A DNA stretch of 64,000 nucleotides from Candidatus Bathyarchaeia archaeon (GCA_038883715.1 JAVZLS010000006.1:8255-72254), one strand, 5' to 3'; positions 49,559 to 59,889 are shown, counted from the stretch's first letter. Numbers and translations: made by a program. Notes: generated by a model from the letters alone, not told the origin.

Positions 49559-49864
49559 TTATAGCATGCACTTTAAGGCTTCTGCGCCTCGCATTCCAGG
49601 CTGAACGCCTAGTCTTTTAGCCTCTGTTGTTGCGGCTTTAATCTCGGCATTTAAAACATCCTCGAAGGTTTTTACTCCAGTCACCATGGCGGTAGCCACG
49701 CCGAGGCGTTCTGCAGCCTCAAGGTTTAGGAAGCCGCACATGATGAAGCCCTTCTCCGCCACAATCAGCAATAGTGGTGGCGAGTCTGGAAGCTCAACTC
49801 TGATGCCCAAACACGTTTTATCGTCAACCTTAACTTGAGCTACACTTATCAAGGTGTTCACCAC
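49559..49864 (-). CDS. DUF1805 (YunC) family protein
   Basis: KGFIMCGFLN, GVKTFEDVL, GMRGAEAL. Confidence 0.9.
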   Translation of the reverse strand: MVNTLISVAQVKVDDKTCLGIRVELPDSPPLLLIVAEKGFIMCGFLNLEAAERLGVATAMVTGVKTFEDVLNAEIKAATTEAKRLGVQPGMRGAEALKCML

Positions 49865-49926
49865 AACAGTCTAGGTTATGTTGTAATTTTTAAATAAGAA
49901 TTGCCACACAGAGAAAGCGAAACACT

Positions 49927-50541
49927 ATGTTGACAAGGCTAAAAACCAAAGTGCAGGCAGCCATAAAAGCGCAAGCCCAAACAGTCAACAAGTTAGGCTT
50001 AACACCAAACATTATAAGTGCTATAGGTATCGTTTTAGCCCTCCTTTCGGCAACAGCCTACGCCAATGGACGCCAGACAGTAACGTTGGCTTTGGCTGTT
50101 TTTCTGCTGCTTCTTTCGGGATACTGCGACATACTAGACGGAGCCTTAGCAAGACTATATCAAAAGTCAACGCCTTTCGGTGGCTTTTTGGATTCCCTTC
50201 TTGATAGGTATGCGGACTCAGCGGTTTATGTGGGCATAATATTGGGTGGACTATGCTCGGCGCCGTGGGGGCTAATAGCCCTTATAGGCTCTTTGCTGGT
50301 AAGCTATTCCCGCGCCAGAGCTGAAGCAGCGGGCATAAAAATGGAGACTGTTGGTTTGGCTGAAAGAGCTGAACGAATAATCATAATTGCGGTTGCAAGC
50401 TTAGCCGAAATATTCTTTGCTGGCGTTATTGAAGTTGGCATGATAGTGTTGGCGGTGCTTACAAACCTAACAGTGTTTCAGAGAAGCCTATACGCGTATA
50501 AGGCGTTAAAGAAGAAAGGAGAAGCGAAGCAGGAAAGCTAG
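49927..50541 (+). CDS. CDP-alcohol phosphatidyltransferase (archaetidylinositol-phosphate synthase-like)
   Basis: DILDGALAR...GGFLDSLLDRYAD; SYSRARAE. Confidence 0.9.
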   Translation: MLTRLKTKVQAAIKAQAQTVNKLGLTPNIISAIGIVLALLSATAYANGRQTVTLALAVFLLLLSGYCDILDGALARLYQKSTPFGGFLDSLLDRYADSAVYVGIILGGLCSAPWGLIALIGSLLVSYSRARAEAAGIKMETVGLAERAERIIIIAVASLAEIFFAGVIEVGMIVLAVLTNLTVFQRSLYAYKALKKKGEAKQES

Positions 50542-50828
50542 AATCTTCTGCCAATGCGGAGTTTCCGCTCTTCTCTGGCGCGAACCTTCACAATGCCATA
50601 ATGAACGGCGCATGAAACACAATAATATTTTGTGTCAACCGGCGCAGAAATATAAGCGCCCTTCTGGCGAAGCTCTTTTGCTAGGGCTGGGTCCACGAGG
50701 GATAGCCTCCGCGTAACTTTTTTGGCTTTATCCCTTGGCACAAGCTCCCCACAGTTGGCACACTGAACAAAGCCACTTCTACCCTTGGCGCCCTTTGACC
50801 TTCCACGACTCTTCCTCTTGTACGGCAT
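50538..50828 (-). CDS. rps26e: 30S ribosomal protein S26e
   Basis: MPYKRKSRGR, CANCG.LVPRDKA, YCVSCAVH. Confidence 0.95.
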   Translation of the reverse strand: MPYKRKSRGRSKGAKGRSGFVQCANCGELVPRDKAKKVTRRLSLVDPALAKELRQKGAYISAPVDTKYYCVSCAVHYGIVKVRAREERKLRIGRRF

Positions 50829-50872
50829 AACTAACCCACAAGCAATTCTATGCATGATATAGCCATGCACGC

Positions 50873-51763
50873 CTATATATCTGTTCTCAATTTCAAAACG
50901 TAAGCAATGTTAGCCCTGGAATCTATTCTAGGGATAATCTTCCCAGTAGACGACGTGAAGAGGGTTGTGACACCTGGACCATGCCCAGAAGTTACACAGT
51001 TCGTGTGGACAACTATGCCCACTGAAACGGCGCCCTTGCGGTATATTCGCCCATAAGAATGGTCCGCGTCCAGTATAGCCACCAAGTCTCCAAGTCTCAA
51101 ATCGTCAAGTCCATACTCCTTCCGTGTGGCTTCATCGAAAAGTTGTATGTCATAATCTCCAGAATAAGTCTGGTTTGCACCTAAACCAGAGCCCATAATC
51201 GCCGCTGGAATAACATGCGTCACCGGAACCTCCAACTTGTCGCCCACCGGCTTCGGGTCTAAGGCTTCCAAGAAACGGGGGTCCATATTCATAACCTTAA
51301 TTTCTGGAAAATCCAAAAGCTTCAAGCCAACGCCGAATGCCTTCACCAAAACTTTATCGCCCAGCATAAGCTTTTCAAAAGTTTCAGGCTGAAAATCCAC
51401 AAGCACATGCTCTATCCCACCGTGCTTTCCAGTGACAACACCCTTTGCGCCTTTGGCGTCGCCAGAAACCACAACAGCCTCATTTCCAACGCATGAAAGC
51501 ACGTTTAAAGCTGTGTTAGCACCACGACCAAAAGTGGGATCATTCTCCTTGTTCTCTATGCTCACGCCGGGTTCAACATGGTCTGCTTCCCAGCCGCAAG
51601 CCAGGTCGCCAACCCTCACGTTGTAGGTTATTCCGCCTACGCCTGGCAAGACCAATGGCACTCCTTCGGCTGAAATGTTGTATATGCCTCTTCCATAAAT
51701 TGGGCTTGCCACCTCGCCAACAACAGAAATCTTAACAAGTTTGTCAACGTTTGTCCTTAACAT
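50873..51763 (-). CDS. DUF4438 family protein
   Basis: LPGVGGITYN, DHVEPGVS, GKHGGIEHV, GDYDI, GHGPG. Confidence 0.85.
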   Translation of the reverse strand: MLRTNVDKLVKISVVGEVASPIYGRGIYNISAEGVPLVLPGVGGITYNVRVGDLACGWEADHVEPGVSIENKENDPTFGRGANTALNVLSCVGNEAVVVSGDAKGAKGVVTGKHGGIEHVLVDFQPETFEKLMLGDKVLVKAFGVGLKLLDFPEIKVMNMDPRFLEALDPKPVGDKLEVPVTHVIPAAIMGSGLGANQTYSGDYDIQLFDEATRKEYGLDDLRLGDLVAILDADHSYGRIYRKGAVSVGIVVHTNCVTSGHGPGVTTLFTSSTGKIIPRIDSRANIAYVLKLRTDI

Positions 51764-51925
51764 GCTTTTCTCCTCGACGGATAAAAGTCAACATCAGTCT
51801 CGGATAATAAGTTTCCCCTCTATAAATGATGTAAACGCTTGGAACATAACAAGTTTTAAATGCCTCTTTACATTTTGAGTTGAGTGAAAAGCAGAGCGCA
51901 CAAAACCGACAGTGGCGAAAACCAG

Positions 51926-52513
51926 ATGGCTGAAATTGGTCTAAGGTCAAGAATGCTGGTTAAAGACGTCATGAGCAGCCCAGTGATAACTGTGGAAGAA
52001 GACGCTACAGCAAACCGAGTGGCAGAGCTCATGGACAAACATGGATTGGGATGCATTATAGTAACTAGTAAGGAAGGAAAGCCCATAGGAATCATAACTG
52101 AGAGAGACCTAGTGACAAGGGTTCTTGCAAAAAACGTTAAACCTGACGCTTTAAAGGCAAAAGACGTTATGACAACCCCCCTAATAACAATAGAGCCAGA
52201 CGAAACAATAAGCGAAGCAGCCCGGAAAATGAGCAGACTAAACATTAGAAGGCTAGGCGTAGTCTACAAGGGACAGCTCATCGGAATCCTCTCCAGCAAG
52301 GACATATTGGCAGTAATGCCAGAACTCATCGAAACAATACAGGAGAGAGCCCTCATAGAGGGAGAAAACCTAGCCCAAGCAACCATAACAGAAGAGGAAG
52401 AATCCTCTCTTGCCGGGTACTGCGACCGCTGTGGCGGATGGTCAGACAACCTTAAAGAGGTGGATGGAGAGTTCCTCTGCGAAGACTGCAGAGCAGAATT
52501 GGAAACTGAATGA
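51926..52513 (+). CDS. CBS-pair protein with C-terminal Zn finger
   Basis: GIITERD CBS motif; GYCDRCG...LCEDC. Confidence 0.9.
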   Translation: MAEIGLRSRMLVKDVMSSPVITVEEDATANRVAELMDKHGLGCIIVTSKEGKPIGIITERDLVTRVLAKNVKPDALKAKDVMTTPLITIEPDETISEAARKMSRLNIRRLGVVYKGQLIGILSSKDILAVMPELIETIQERALIEGENLAQATITEEEESSLAGYCDRCGGWSDNLKEVDGEFLCEDCRAELETE

Positions 52514-52536
52514 AAAAGGTTTAAAGGGGAGATTTT

Positions 52537-53322
52537 TTGCGTGTCAAAGAAATATTGAATGAAAAACACCCCTTCATTTACGATGATGAGCTTGCAACAA
52601 AAGCCCGGGCTCTCATCCGTGACTTCTCCCTAAGAATATTGCCGGTCACAAACCGTGAAAGAAAACATTTGGGAATAGTTTCCCGCGGTGCAGTCATGAC
52701 TATATCCTCGTCTGTTTCGCCAATAAAGGTGAAGGGCATAATGACAAACCCAAAATATGTCGCCACAACCGAAGATGATGCTTTCCAAACAGTTAGGGCG
52801 ATGCTACGTGTGGACGAATGGTGCACACCAGTTGTAAACAACAGAACAGAAAACATGTTAAAAGGGGTCTTAGGCTTAGAGAACTTCATAGAAAATATAA
52901 TTAAAACAAGCCCTGAAAAACTTGCAAAGCCGGTTTCAGAAATAATGTCGACAAACATCCTAACATGCTCTCCAGACGATGAGATTGATGACGTCTGGCG
53001 CTTGATGCAAGACAAATCTTTAGCCGGACTCCCAGTCGTCACCAAAAACAAGCTTGTGGGCATCGTAACCCAGAAAGACCTCCTAGAAAGCGGGGCACTC
53101 ATGCCGACATTCGAGTCCCATAAAGGAAGATTTAAGGCTTCAACGAAAATTTCAGCCGTTATGAAGACAAACGTGATAACTGTTCAGCCATCGGTGAAGG
53201 CAATAAGAGTTGCAAAAGTTATGGTTTCAAAAGACATTGGGCGAGTCCCAGTCGTGGACGAAGAGGGAAAGCTAATAGGTATAGTGGACCGAGAAGACAT
53301 AGCAAGGCCCATAATCAAATGA
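52537..53322 (+). CDS. Four-CBS-domain protein
   Basis: Repeated LPV...GIV motifs. Confidence 0.88.
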   Translation: MRVKEILNEKHPFIYDDELATKARALIRDFSLRILPVTNRERKHLGIVSRGAVMTISSSVSPIKVKGIMTNPKYVATTEDDAFQTVRAMLRVDEWCTPVVNNRTENMLKGVLGLENFIENIIKTSPEKLAKPVSEIMSTNILTCSPDDEIDDVWRLMQDKSLAGLPVVTKNKLVGIVTQKDLLESGALMPTFESHKGRFKASTKISAVMKTNVITVQPSVKAIRVAKVMVSKDIGRVPVVDEEGKLIGIVDREDIARPIIK

Positions 53323-53328
53323 GAAGGC

Positions 53329-54243
53329 GTGGAAATGAGTAGAGAAACTTTTAGGAGAACACTAAGAGGAAAGGGGCCAGTTTCGTTAAAAGGTTCAGCC
53401 GCCAAAAAACGCGAAGGCGACGTTATGCACATAGCAAAAAGCCCAGTCATAACAATGGCTCCAACAACACCCATATACGACGCCATAAAAATAATGGCGA
53501 AAGAAGGATTCCGAAGAATCCCCATCGCTGATCCAGGCACAAAAACATTGGCTGGAATAGTAACAGCCACCGACATAGTTGACTACCTCGGCGGAGGCAA
53601 AAAATTCGAAATAGTCCAACAGAAGTTTTCCGGAAACATCTTTAAAGCCATAAACGAGCCGATAAAACTCATAATGAACCAGAAAGTTTTCGCGGTAAAA
53701 ACCACAGCGGACATAAGCGAGGCAATCCAACTTATGAAAGAGAAGAATGTAGGTGGCTTACCAGTTGTGGACAACGAAAACCATGTTAGGGCAATAGTCA
53801 CTGAAAGGGATGTAGCCCGCATGTTCGCAGACAGAATAAGCGGGATAAAAGTTTCACAGCTAATGACCGAAAAAGTGGTAACCGCACTGCCAAAAACAAC
53901 AATCTTTGAAGCAGAGAAAACCATGATTGGACAAGGCTTCAGAAGGCTCCCAATAGTCTCAGACGGCAAAGTTGTAGGTATAGTAACATCTATGGACATA
54001 ATACGCTTCTTCGGCTCAGGAGAAGTCTTCAGACACCTAAAATCGGGAACAATAACGCAGGTTTTGAACACACCAGCCCTCGAAATAGCCACAAAAGAAG
54101 TCACAACAATCACGCCTGAAGCAGACGTTGGACAAGCGGCAAAAATCATGCGGGAGAAAAACCTTGGCGCCTTACCAGTCGTCCAGAACGAGAAGCTTGT
54201 TGGAATAATAACCGAAAGGGACTTCTTCAAAATAATAGAGTAG
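53329..54243 (+). CDS. Four-CBS-domain protein (MJ1225/AMPK-gamma-like)
   Basis: FRRIPI..GIVTATD, GGLPVV..TERD, FRRLPIV, GIITERD. Confidence 0.9.
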   Translation: MEMSRETFRRTLRGKGPVSLKGSAAKKREGDVMHIAKSPVITMAPTTPIYDAIKIMAKEGFRRIPIADPGTKTLAGIVTATDIVDYLGGGKKFEIVQQKFSGNIFKAINEPIKLIMNQKVFAVKTTADISEAIQLMKEKNVGGLPVVDNENHVRAIVTERDVARMFADRISGIKVSQLMTEKVVTALPKTTIFEAEKTMIGQGFRRLPIVSDGKVVGIVTSMDIIRFFGSGEVFRHLKSGTITQVLNTPALEIATKEVTTITPEADVGQAAKIMREKNLGALPVVQNEKLVGIITERDFFKIIE

Positions 54244-54259
54244 AATATTAGGCAATTTT

Positions 54260-55330
54260 ATGCCGAAGGAAGCCCTCTGCCTAAAAGTCCCAAAAATTAA
54301 CGGCGAAAAAGCCATAACAACAGCCCACAAACTAGAATTGGTTAACAAAGAACTAGAAGTTCAAAGAAATAACGCCTACATTTACATCCCCCTAGCTAGA
54401 AACCCATCAAAAGATGACGTTCAAGCCCTCCAAAAACAAGCCATAAGCCTTGAAATCACAACTTACACTTTTCCAGAAAGAAAAACGCGTCCAAAAACAC
54501 TTATGGAGTTGTTGGAAGGCAAACTTCCGCCCCACCTATTAGCTTGTGTTCCACGAGCCATGGATGTTGTAGGCGACATAGCCATAATTGAAATCCCGCC
54601 AGAACTTGAAAGCTACAAAACGGAAATTGGAAATGCAATCCTACAAATTCACAAAAACTTGCGGACAGTTCTCGCCAAGGCTGGAGCAATAAAAGGCGAA
54701 TACCGAACAAGACAATACATCGTCATAGCTGGAGAACCAAAAACAGAAACTATACATAAAGAGCATGGATGCCAGTACCATGTAGACTTAGCCAAAGCCT
54801 ATTTCTCACCCCGTCTATCCAACGAGCATAAGCGAGTAGCATCAATAGTTAAAGAAGGCGAAACGGTCATAGACATGTTCGCTGGAGTTGGTCCCTTCTC
54901 GATACTCATAGCGAAAACTCATAGCCGTGTTAAGGTTTACGCCATAGACATAAACCCAGAAGCCATCACTTTACTCGAAAAAAATGTTAGGCTGAATAGG
55001 GTTGAGGGAAAAGTTTACCCAATTTTAGGTGACGCAAAACAAGTCATTAAACAAAAACTCCGCGGACAAGCAGACCGCATCATCATGAACCTACCAGAAA
55101 AAGCCATAGAATTCGTCGGAGCCGCATGCGAAGCCTTGAAGCCCGAGGGAGGCGCCATACACTTTTACGGTTTCGTCACAGCGGAAAATACATTGGAAAA
55201 ATTGGAACAACGATTTAGGGAAGAGGTTGAAAAGTCCAGTAGAAGCGTGGCAAAAATCCTTTTCGCGAGAACCATCCGCGAAACAGCCCCCTACGAGTGG
55301 CAAGCCGTTTTAGACGCGGAAATTCGCTAA
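54260..55330 (+). CDS. trm5: tRNA (guanine37-N1)-methyltransferase Trm5/Taw22 family
   Basis: DVVGDIAI, YFSPRL, DMFAGVGPF, DINP, IMNLP. Confidence 0.9.
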   Translation: MPKEALCLKVPKINGEKAITTAHKLELVNKELEVQRNNAYIYIPLARNPSKDDVQALQKQAISLEITTYTFPERKTRPKTLMELLEGKLPPHLLACVPRAMDVVGDIAIIEIPPELESYKTEIGNAILQIHKNLRTVLAKAGAIKGEYRTRQYIVIAGEPKTETIHKEHGCQYHVDLAKAYFSPRLSNEHKRVASIVKEGETVIDMFAGVGPFSILIAKTHSRVKVYAIDINPEAITLLEKNVRLNRVEGKVYPILGDAKQVIKQKLRGQADRIIMNLPEKAIEFVGAACEALKPEGGAIHFYGFVTAENTLEKLEQRFREEVEKSSRSVAKILFARTIRETAPYEWQAVLDAEIR

Positions 55331-55752
55331 ACCTCAACAGTTAAAGTTACCCTAACCATCTGCCCTGGAATCTGAAGCCTCTTCACAAGAGCCCTTGACA
55401 AGTCGCAAGCCGCCTTATCCGCATTAATCGCCAAAGTTCTACCACAAATGTATCCGCTTTTTCTCACAACCATATCTGCCGGATGCGACAAAATCAGTTT
55501 AGGGTTTCCCCGAGCCTTTACAACATCGACAGCTCCGCCAGCTTCTATGAGGATCGTAAGCCTCGCATTTTCTTTCTGGAGAAATTCCCTAAACTCCGGT
55601 TTGAGATCAGAAAAACCTTTATCAGCGGAAACAGCGACAATACAGTCCCCTCTAACGGAAAGCTCTTTCTCCCTTGTAAATTCAAGCGTGGTTCTGTGGG
55701 TAGCTCTGATGTTCCTATGACCAAATGCTGTTAGATATTCGGTGATTTGCAT
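55327..55752 (-). CDS. DUF371 family protein
   Basis: GHRNIRATHRTTLEFT, RGDCI, VVRKS, ADKAACDL. Confidence 0.9.
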   Translation of the reverse strand: MQITEYLTAFGHRNIRATHRTTLEFTREKELSVRGDCIVAVSADKGFSDLKPEFREFLQKENARLTILIEAGGAVDVVKARGNPKLILSHPADMVVRKSGYICGRTLAINADKAACDLSRALVKRLQIPGQMVRVTLTVEV

Positions 55753-55776
55753 AGGCTACCTTTCCAATAAGCCAAG

Positions 55777-56226
55777 TTATAACTCTAATTTCAGAATTAT
55801 CGCGTCATGTCCAACCCCAAAATAGTCCTGCTGAAAACCAGCTATACGAAAGCCAAACTTGTAGTAAAATGGTATTGCTGAAGCGCATCTATAATGAACC
55901 TCAGCAAACACCAACCTCACATCTTTCCGCCTTAAAACCTCCAATTCCTTCCGCAACAGCTTTTCGCCCACACCCCTACCTTGATATTCTCTGCCAACAG
56001 CCAAATCCTCAATAACCGCCGTAGAACCACAAACCCCCGCCTGCACATAACCAATAACCCTCCCATCCATCACAGCTACGAAAGAAAGATCTGGATTTTC
56101 TTCCAATACTTTAATGATGCGCTTCTTATATTCCTCTTTAATTGCATGAGGGTTCGCCAAAGGCGCCAGCTCTGAAACCTCAGCCAAGTCACGCCCAGAC
56201 ATTCCCCTAACGAAAATCTTTGACAT
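55777..56226 (-). CDS. GNAT acetyltransferase
   Basis: YQGRGVG acetyl-CoA motif; FYYKFGF. Confidence 0.9.
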   Translation of the reverse strand: MSKIFVRGMSGRDLAEVSELAPLANPHAIKEEYKKRIIKVLEENPDLSFVAVMDGRVIGYVQAGVCGSTAVIEDLAVGREYQGRGVGEKLLRKELEVLRRKDVRLVFAEVHYRCASAIPFYYKFGFRIAGFQQDYFGVGHDAIILKLEL

Positions 56227-56244
56227 TACACCAGCTCCTTGCCT

Positions 56245-56689
56245 TTAGAGTTCTTTCGCAAGGTATAACGCTGTTTTATCATTCTCATAGAGCTTTTCGT
56301 TGTAGCCACAAATTTTAAAGCCATTTTTCAAATAGAGGTTTAAGGCTGGAATGTTGTCTATTGCAGTGTCAAACATAAGAACCCGCGCCTTTTTCCCTTG
56401 CAAAATCCTCCATAGCCTTCAGTAAAAGAGAGCCTATTCCTCTACGCCTATAACCAGCGTCAACGAGAAGATTTATCACATAGGCGCTCTTATTCCACCT
56501 ATAAAAATGCACCCTAGAAAAACCAACAATCTTGCCATCTTCCTCAGCGACAAAAAATCTGCACTTCTCGTTAGGACTTTCAAAATTGAAGATAGCCTCT
56601 AAATCCTCGTTTAAAGGCTCTCCATTCCTCTTAATCAGTTCTAATATTTTCGGCAGATCCGCCCGCTCTGCTATACGAATTTTTGGCAT
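56245..56689 (-). pseudogene. GNAT acetyltransferase, frameshifted near 56385
   Basis: YRRRGIG motif, then a premature TGA at 56369. The C-terminal VLMFDTAIDNIPALNLYLKNGF...LAKEL continues in another frame to TAA at 56245. Confidence 0.8.
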
Positions 56690-57655
56690 TTACTCCAAAA
56701 CCTCTATTGAGTCAACTTTGCCATCGCCGTCCAAATCAAAACCTTGAATCACTTTGGCAAAAGTGTCCTCGCCCCTATAATTCCCCAATGTCTTTTCATG
56801 GAAATTTGTCAGCGCCAAAACACATGCCTTAGTGCCAACGGCCTTATTTCCAGCTAAAACAATAACTCGCTTGCTTTTATCCCATGGATTAACAATTTTC
56901 GCCACAAGCCCAACGGCATCGGCCGTATAAACCCGTCCAGTCTTGGTTGAAACTAAACCGCCAAACAAAAAGCCTTGCTCGGACGGTTGCATGTTAAACT
57001 TTAAAGGCAGATACTCATTCAACTCCTGTGTCAAAAGATTTGTTCCAGGTCCACCCACAAGAATCAGATTGTTCTTCTCCTCTTTCTCAGCCTTAACATC
57101 CACGTCAAGTTTCACAGCGAAATCTTCCGGCATCCTGGTAAATTGTCCAAGAAAGAAAGCCAAGTGAGAGGCGTAATGCCCATCCCGAGCGCTCGTTTTA
57201 AAAGGTCCATGAGGAGTTGGGCTACCCACAACAATTTTGCCGTCAAAACACTCGTCTTTGCGAATAAACTCGCCGAAAAATCTTCGAACCTGTTCGCTAA
57301 CGCTGATCAACGGAGACTTTTCTATGATTTTGTATTCCTTTGGCAGTTCTATCCCGAAAGCCGATGAAGCTGCCATGTAATATTTGGCTATGGCTCCCTT
57401 CCTCTCCTCCTGTTTCGCAACAGTTATGGCTCCAGCCTTAATCAACTTTCTTATATGATAGTAAACCTTCTGCTCGTGAATCCCAAGCTCCTTTGCAACT
57501 TCGAGGGGGTACATCGCCCTTTCAGAAAGCATAACTAAAATTTTCCAGCTTAACCTATTCAAAATTAGCTTAAGCTTCTGCGGGTCGTCGAAAACCTTAA
57601 TTTCCTTAACCATCTGCGTTTTGCCGTCGTCATGTAGCAGCAGTTTTTTACCCAT
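56690..57655 (-). CDS. ArsR-type HTH regulator fused to an S-layer-like C-terminal domain
   Basis: HTH EVAKELGIHEQKVYYHIRKL; C-terminal NLILVGGPGTN motif. Divergent from the split metE pair. Confidence 0.75.
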   Translation of the reverse strand: MGKKLLLHDDGKTQMVKEIKVFDDPQKLKLILNRLSWKILVMLSERAMYPLEVAKELGIHEQKVYYHIRKLIKAGAITVAKQEERKGAIAKYYMAASSAFGIELPKEYKIIEKSPLISVSEQVRRFFGEFIRKDECFDGKIVVGSPTPHGPFKTSARDGHYASHLAFFLGQFTRMPEDFAVKLDVDVKAEKEEKNNLILVGGPGTNLLTQELNEYLPLKFNMQPSEQGFLFGGLVSTKTGRVYTADAVGLVAKIVNPWDKSKRVIVLAGNKAVGTKACVLALTNFHEKTLGNYRGEDTFAKVIQGFDLDGDGKVDSIEVLE

Positions 57656-57749
57656 AGTCGTCCATATGCATAAGCACACTCCATTATTAAAATTTTTATT
57701 ACGGTAAACAAAAGAGATAACCACAACAAGCCCGTAAAGAAGGATAAAA

Positions 57750-58742
57750 ATGATTGGCTGCTATGCGACAGGCATAATGCCAAGACCAAAGGAACTTATC
57801 GAAACCACAAGAGCCTACGAAAGAAGGAAAGTAAGCACAGAAGAGCTGGAAAAAGCCTTCCGAGAAGCAACAATAAAAGTTATAGAGGCGCAAGTCTCTG
57901 CTGAGCTAAGCTATATCACAGACGGAATGTTGAAATGGCAAGATTTGCTGAGGCCTTTCGCCGAAAACTTGGAAGGCTTGAAAGCAGGAGCTCTTGCAAG
58001 ATGGTTTAACAACAACACCTTCTACAGAAAACCCGTCGTTCAAAGCGAGATAAAGCCTAAAAAAGGTATAACCATGGAGCTAGCTCACACAGAATACCTG
58101 CCAAAAAACATTTCATGGAAAGCCATACTGCCAGCACCCTACACGTTGGCAAGGCTTTCGGAAAACAAATTTTACAAGGATGAAAGGGAACTAATGTTCA
58201 CTTACGCTGAAATCCTAAAAGCCGAAATCGAAAACTTAGCCAAAAAAGGTTTCAAATACATTCAGCTAAGCGATCCAGCCCTTGTCTACAATCCATTAAA
58301 AAAACCAATTTCCAAGGATACTCTTACCGATGTTAAAGAAGCCTTTAGGACAACCGTCAAAGGTACAAATGTAAAAACATGCTTACAAACATTTTTCGGA
58401 GACTTTTCACAAATTATGCCAGAAGCCTTAAACTTTCCAGTTAACGACTTAGGAATAGACCTATACGAAACAAGTTTAGAAAGGCTGAAAGAATATGATT
58501 TTGATAAAGGTGTCGCCTTAGGAATTGTGGACGCCCGCAGTTCTCTACTAGAGAATGAAAACGAGCTTGCCACGGTGGCTGGAGAACTTATCCAGTCAGT
58601 TTACCCGTCAAAGGTTCACGACGTTTTCATTTGTCCAAACTGCGATTTAGAATTTCTACCTTGGGAGAGGGCGGAAGAAAAAATAAGGGTCATAAGTCGC
58701 GTAGCCAAGCATCTAAAGGCGGAGTTGAGCATCCATGAATAA
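57750..58742 (+). CDS. Split cobalamin-independent methionine synthase, N-terminal-like (non-Zn) half
   Basis: TDGMLKWQD, RWFNNNTFYRKP, PAPYT, GIVDARS; lacks the HxC zinc motif. Confidence 0.82.
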   Translation: MIGCYATGIMPRPKELIETTRAYERRKVSTEELEKAFREATIKVIEAQVSAELSYITDGMLKWQDLLRPFAENLEGLKAGALARWFNNNTFYRKPVVQSEIKPKKGITMELAHTEYLPKNISWKAILPAPYTLARLSENKFYKDERELMFTYAEILKAEIENLAKKGFKYIQLSDPALVYNPLKKPISKDTLTDVKEAFRTTVKGTNVKTCLQTFFGDFSQIMPEALNFPVNDLGIDLYETSLERLKEYDFDKGVALGIVDARSSLLENENELATVAGELIQSVYPSKVHDVFICPNCDLEFLPWERAEEKIRVISRVAKHLKAELSIHE

Positions 58743-59889
58743 GCTTTTCCCAACACAAGAAATAGGAAGCCTCGCTAAACCCGCATGGAGAGTCAAAGGA
58801 TACAGAGGTGAACCTTTATCAGAGAGCGAGATAGCCGAGGCACTGGACTGGGGACAGAGGCTAAGAATAGAAGGCATAGATGAATTCATCAAGATTTTAA
58901 AAAGCCAAAAAAGAACACCGGAGGATAAAAGAGCGATTCTTGAGTGGTCAGCGAAGTTTGTTATTCGCTTCTTTGAGAATGCGGGGCTTGACATAATTTT
59001 TGATGGAGAGCAATGGCGCTCGGAAATGTACGAACACGTTATCAGAAACATTGAAGGCTTCAAATTTTTAGGGTATGTAAAATCCTTTGACTACAGATAC
59101 TTCAATAAGGCCGCTTGCATAAGTAAGCCAAAATATGTGAAACCATTCTATGTGGAAGAGTTTATTTTTACACGTAAAAACACCAACAGAAAGGTTAAAG
59201 TGCCCTTCACCGGTCCTTACACACTTGTTGACTGGACGTTTAACGAATATTACGAGAAAAAGCTCAGCAGCAAAATCAAAGATTTTAAACGTAGGAAGTT
59301 TGAAGCTCGGAGAGAATTTCTCTTCGACCTAATAAAGGAGATTGTAAGACCAGAAATAAATAGGCTTATTGAAGCTGGAGCAATGTGGATTCAGATAGAC
59401 GAGCCAGCAGCAACCACAAACCCGTCAGCTGAAGAAATGGAGTTATTTATGGAAGCTTTCAACGAGACTGTTAAGGGGTTTAACTGCGCCTTTAGCCTCC
59501 ACAACTGCTACAGCAATTATGAAGTGCTGGCGAAATATGCCGCTGAACTGCAGAATTGCAGCCAACTAGCCCTCGAATTCGCCAATAGAGACAGCAGACA
59601 AAAGGGAACGGATGATGTGCGAATAGGTTACAGGGAACTGAAACTATTTGAAGACTATGGTTTTAGAGGAAATTACGGCTTAGGCGTCATAGACGTCCAC
59701 ACAGACTTTATTGAACCACCAGAGCTGGTGAGGGACAGAATACTCCACGCCGCCAAAATCATCGGAGACCCGAGCAGGATATTTGTGAGCACTGACTGCG
59801 GTTTAAGAACCAGAACATGGGAAGTAAGCTTTGCAAAGTTGAAAAGCATGGTTCTAGGCGCCGAGCTAGCAAGGAAAGCATCATCATAA
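58735..59889 (+). CDS. metE: Cobalamin-independent methionine synthase, catalytic Zn half
   Basis: EIGSLAKP, DGEQWR, TGPYT, QIDEPA, LHNC, LEFA, DCGLRTR. Confidence 0.88.
   Translation: MNKLFPTQEIGSLAKPAWRVKGYRGEPLSESEIAEALDWGQRLRIEGIDEFIKILKSQKRTPEDKRAILEWSAKFVIRFFENAGLDIIFDGEQWRSEMYEHVIRNIEGFKFLGYVKSFDYRYFNKAACISKPKYVKPFYVEEFIFTRKNTNRKVKVPFTGPYTLVDWTFNEYYEKKLSSKIKDFKRRKFEARREFLFDLIKEIVRPEINRLIEAGAMWIQIDEPAATTNPSAEEMELFMEAFNETVKGFNCAFSLHNCYSNYEVLAKYAAELQNCSQLALEFANRDSRQKGTDDVRIGYRELKLFEDYGFRGNYGLGVIDVHTDFIEPPELVRDRILHAAKIIGDPSRIFVSTDCGLRTRTWEVSFAKLKSMVLGAELARKASS

Noticed and set aside
49120-56400. BHB introns explaining the MFS (about 49140) and GNAT (about 56385) frameshifts
   Set aside because: Both sites are missing bases rather than carrying extra ones, and neither forms a stem or BHB.
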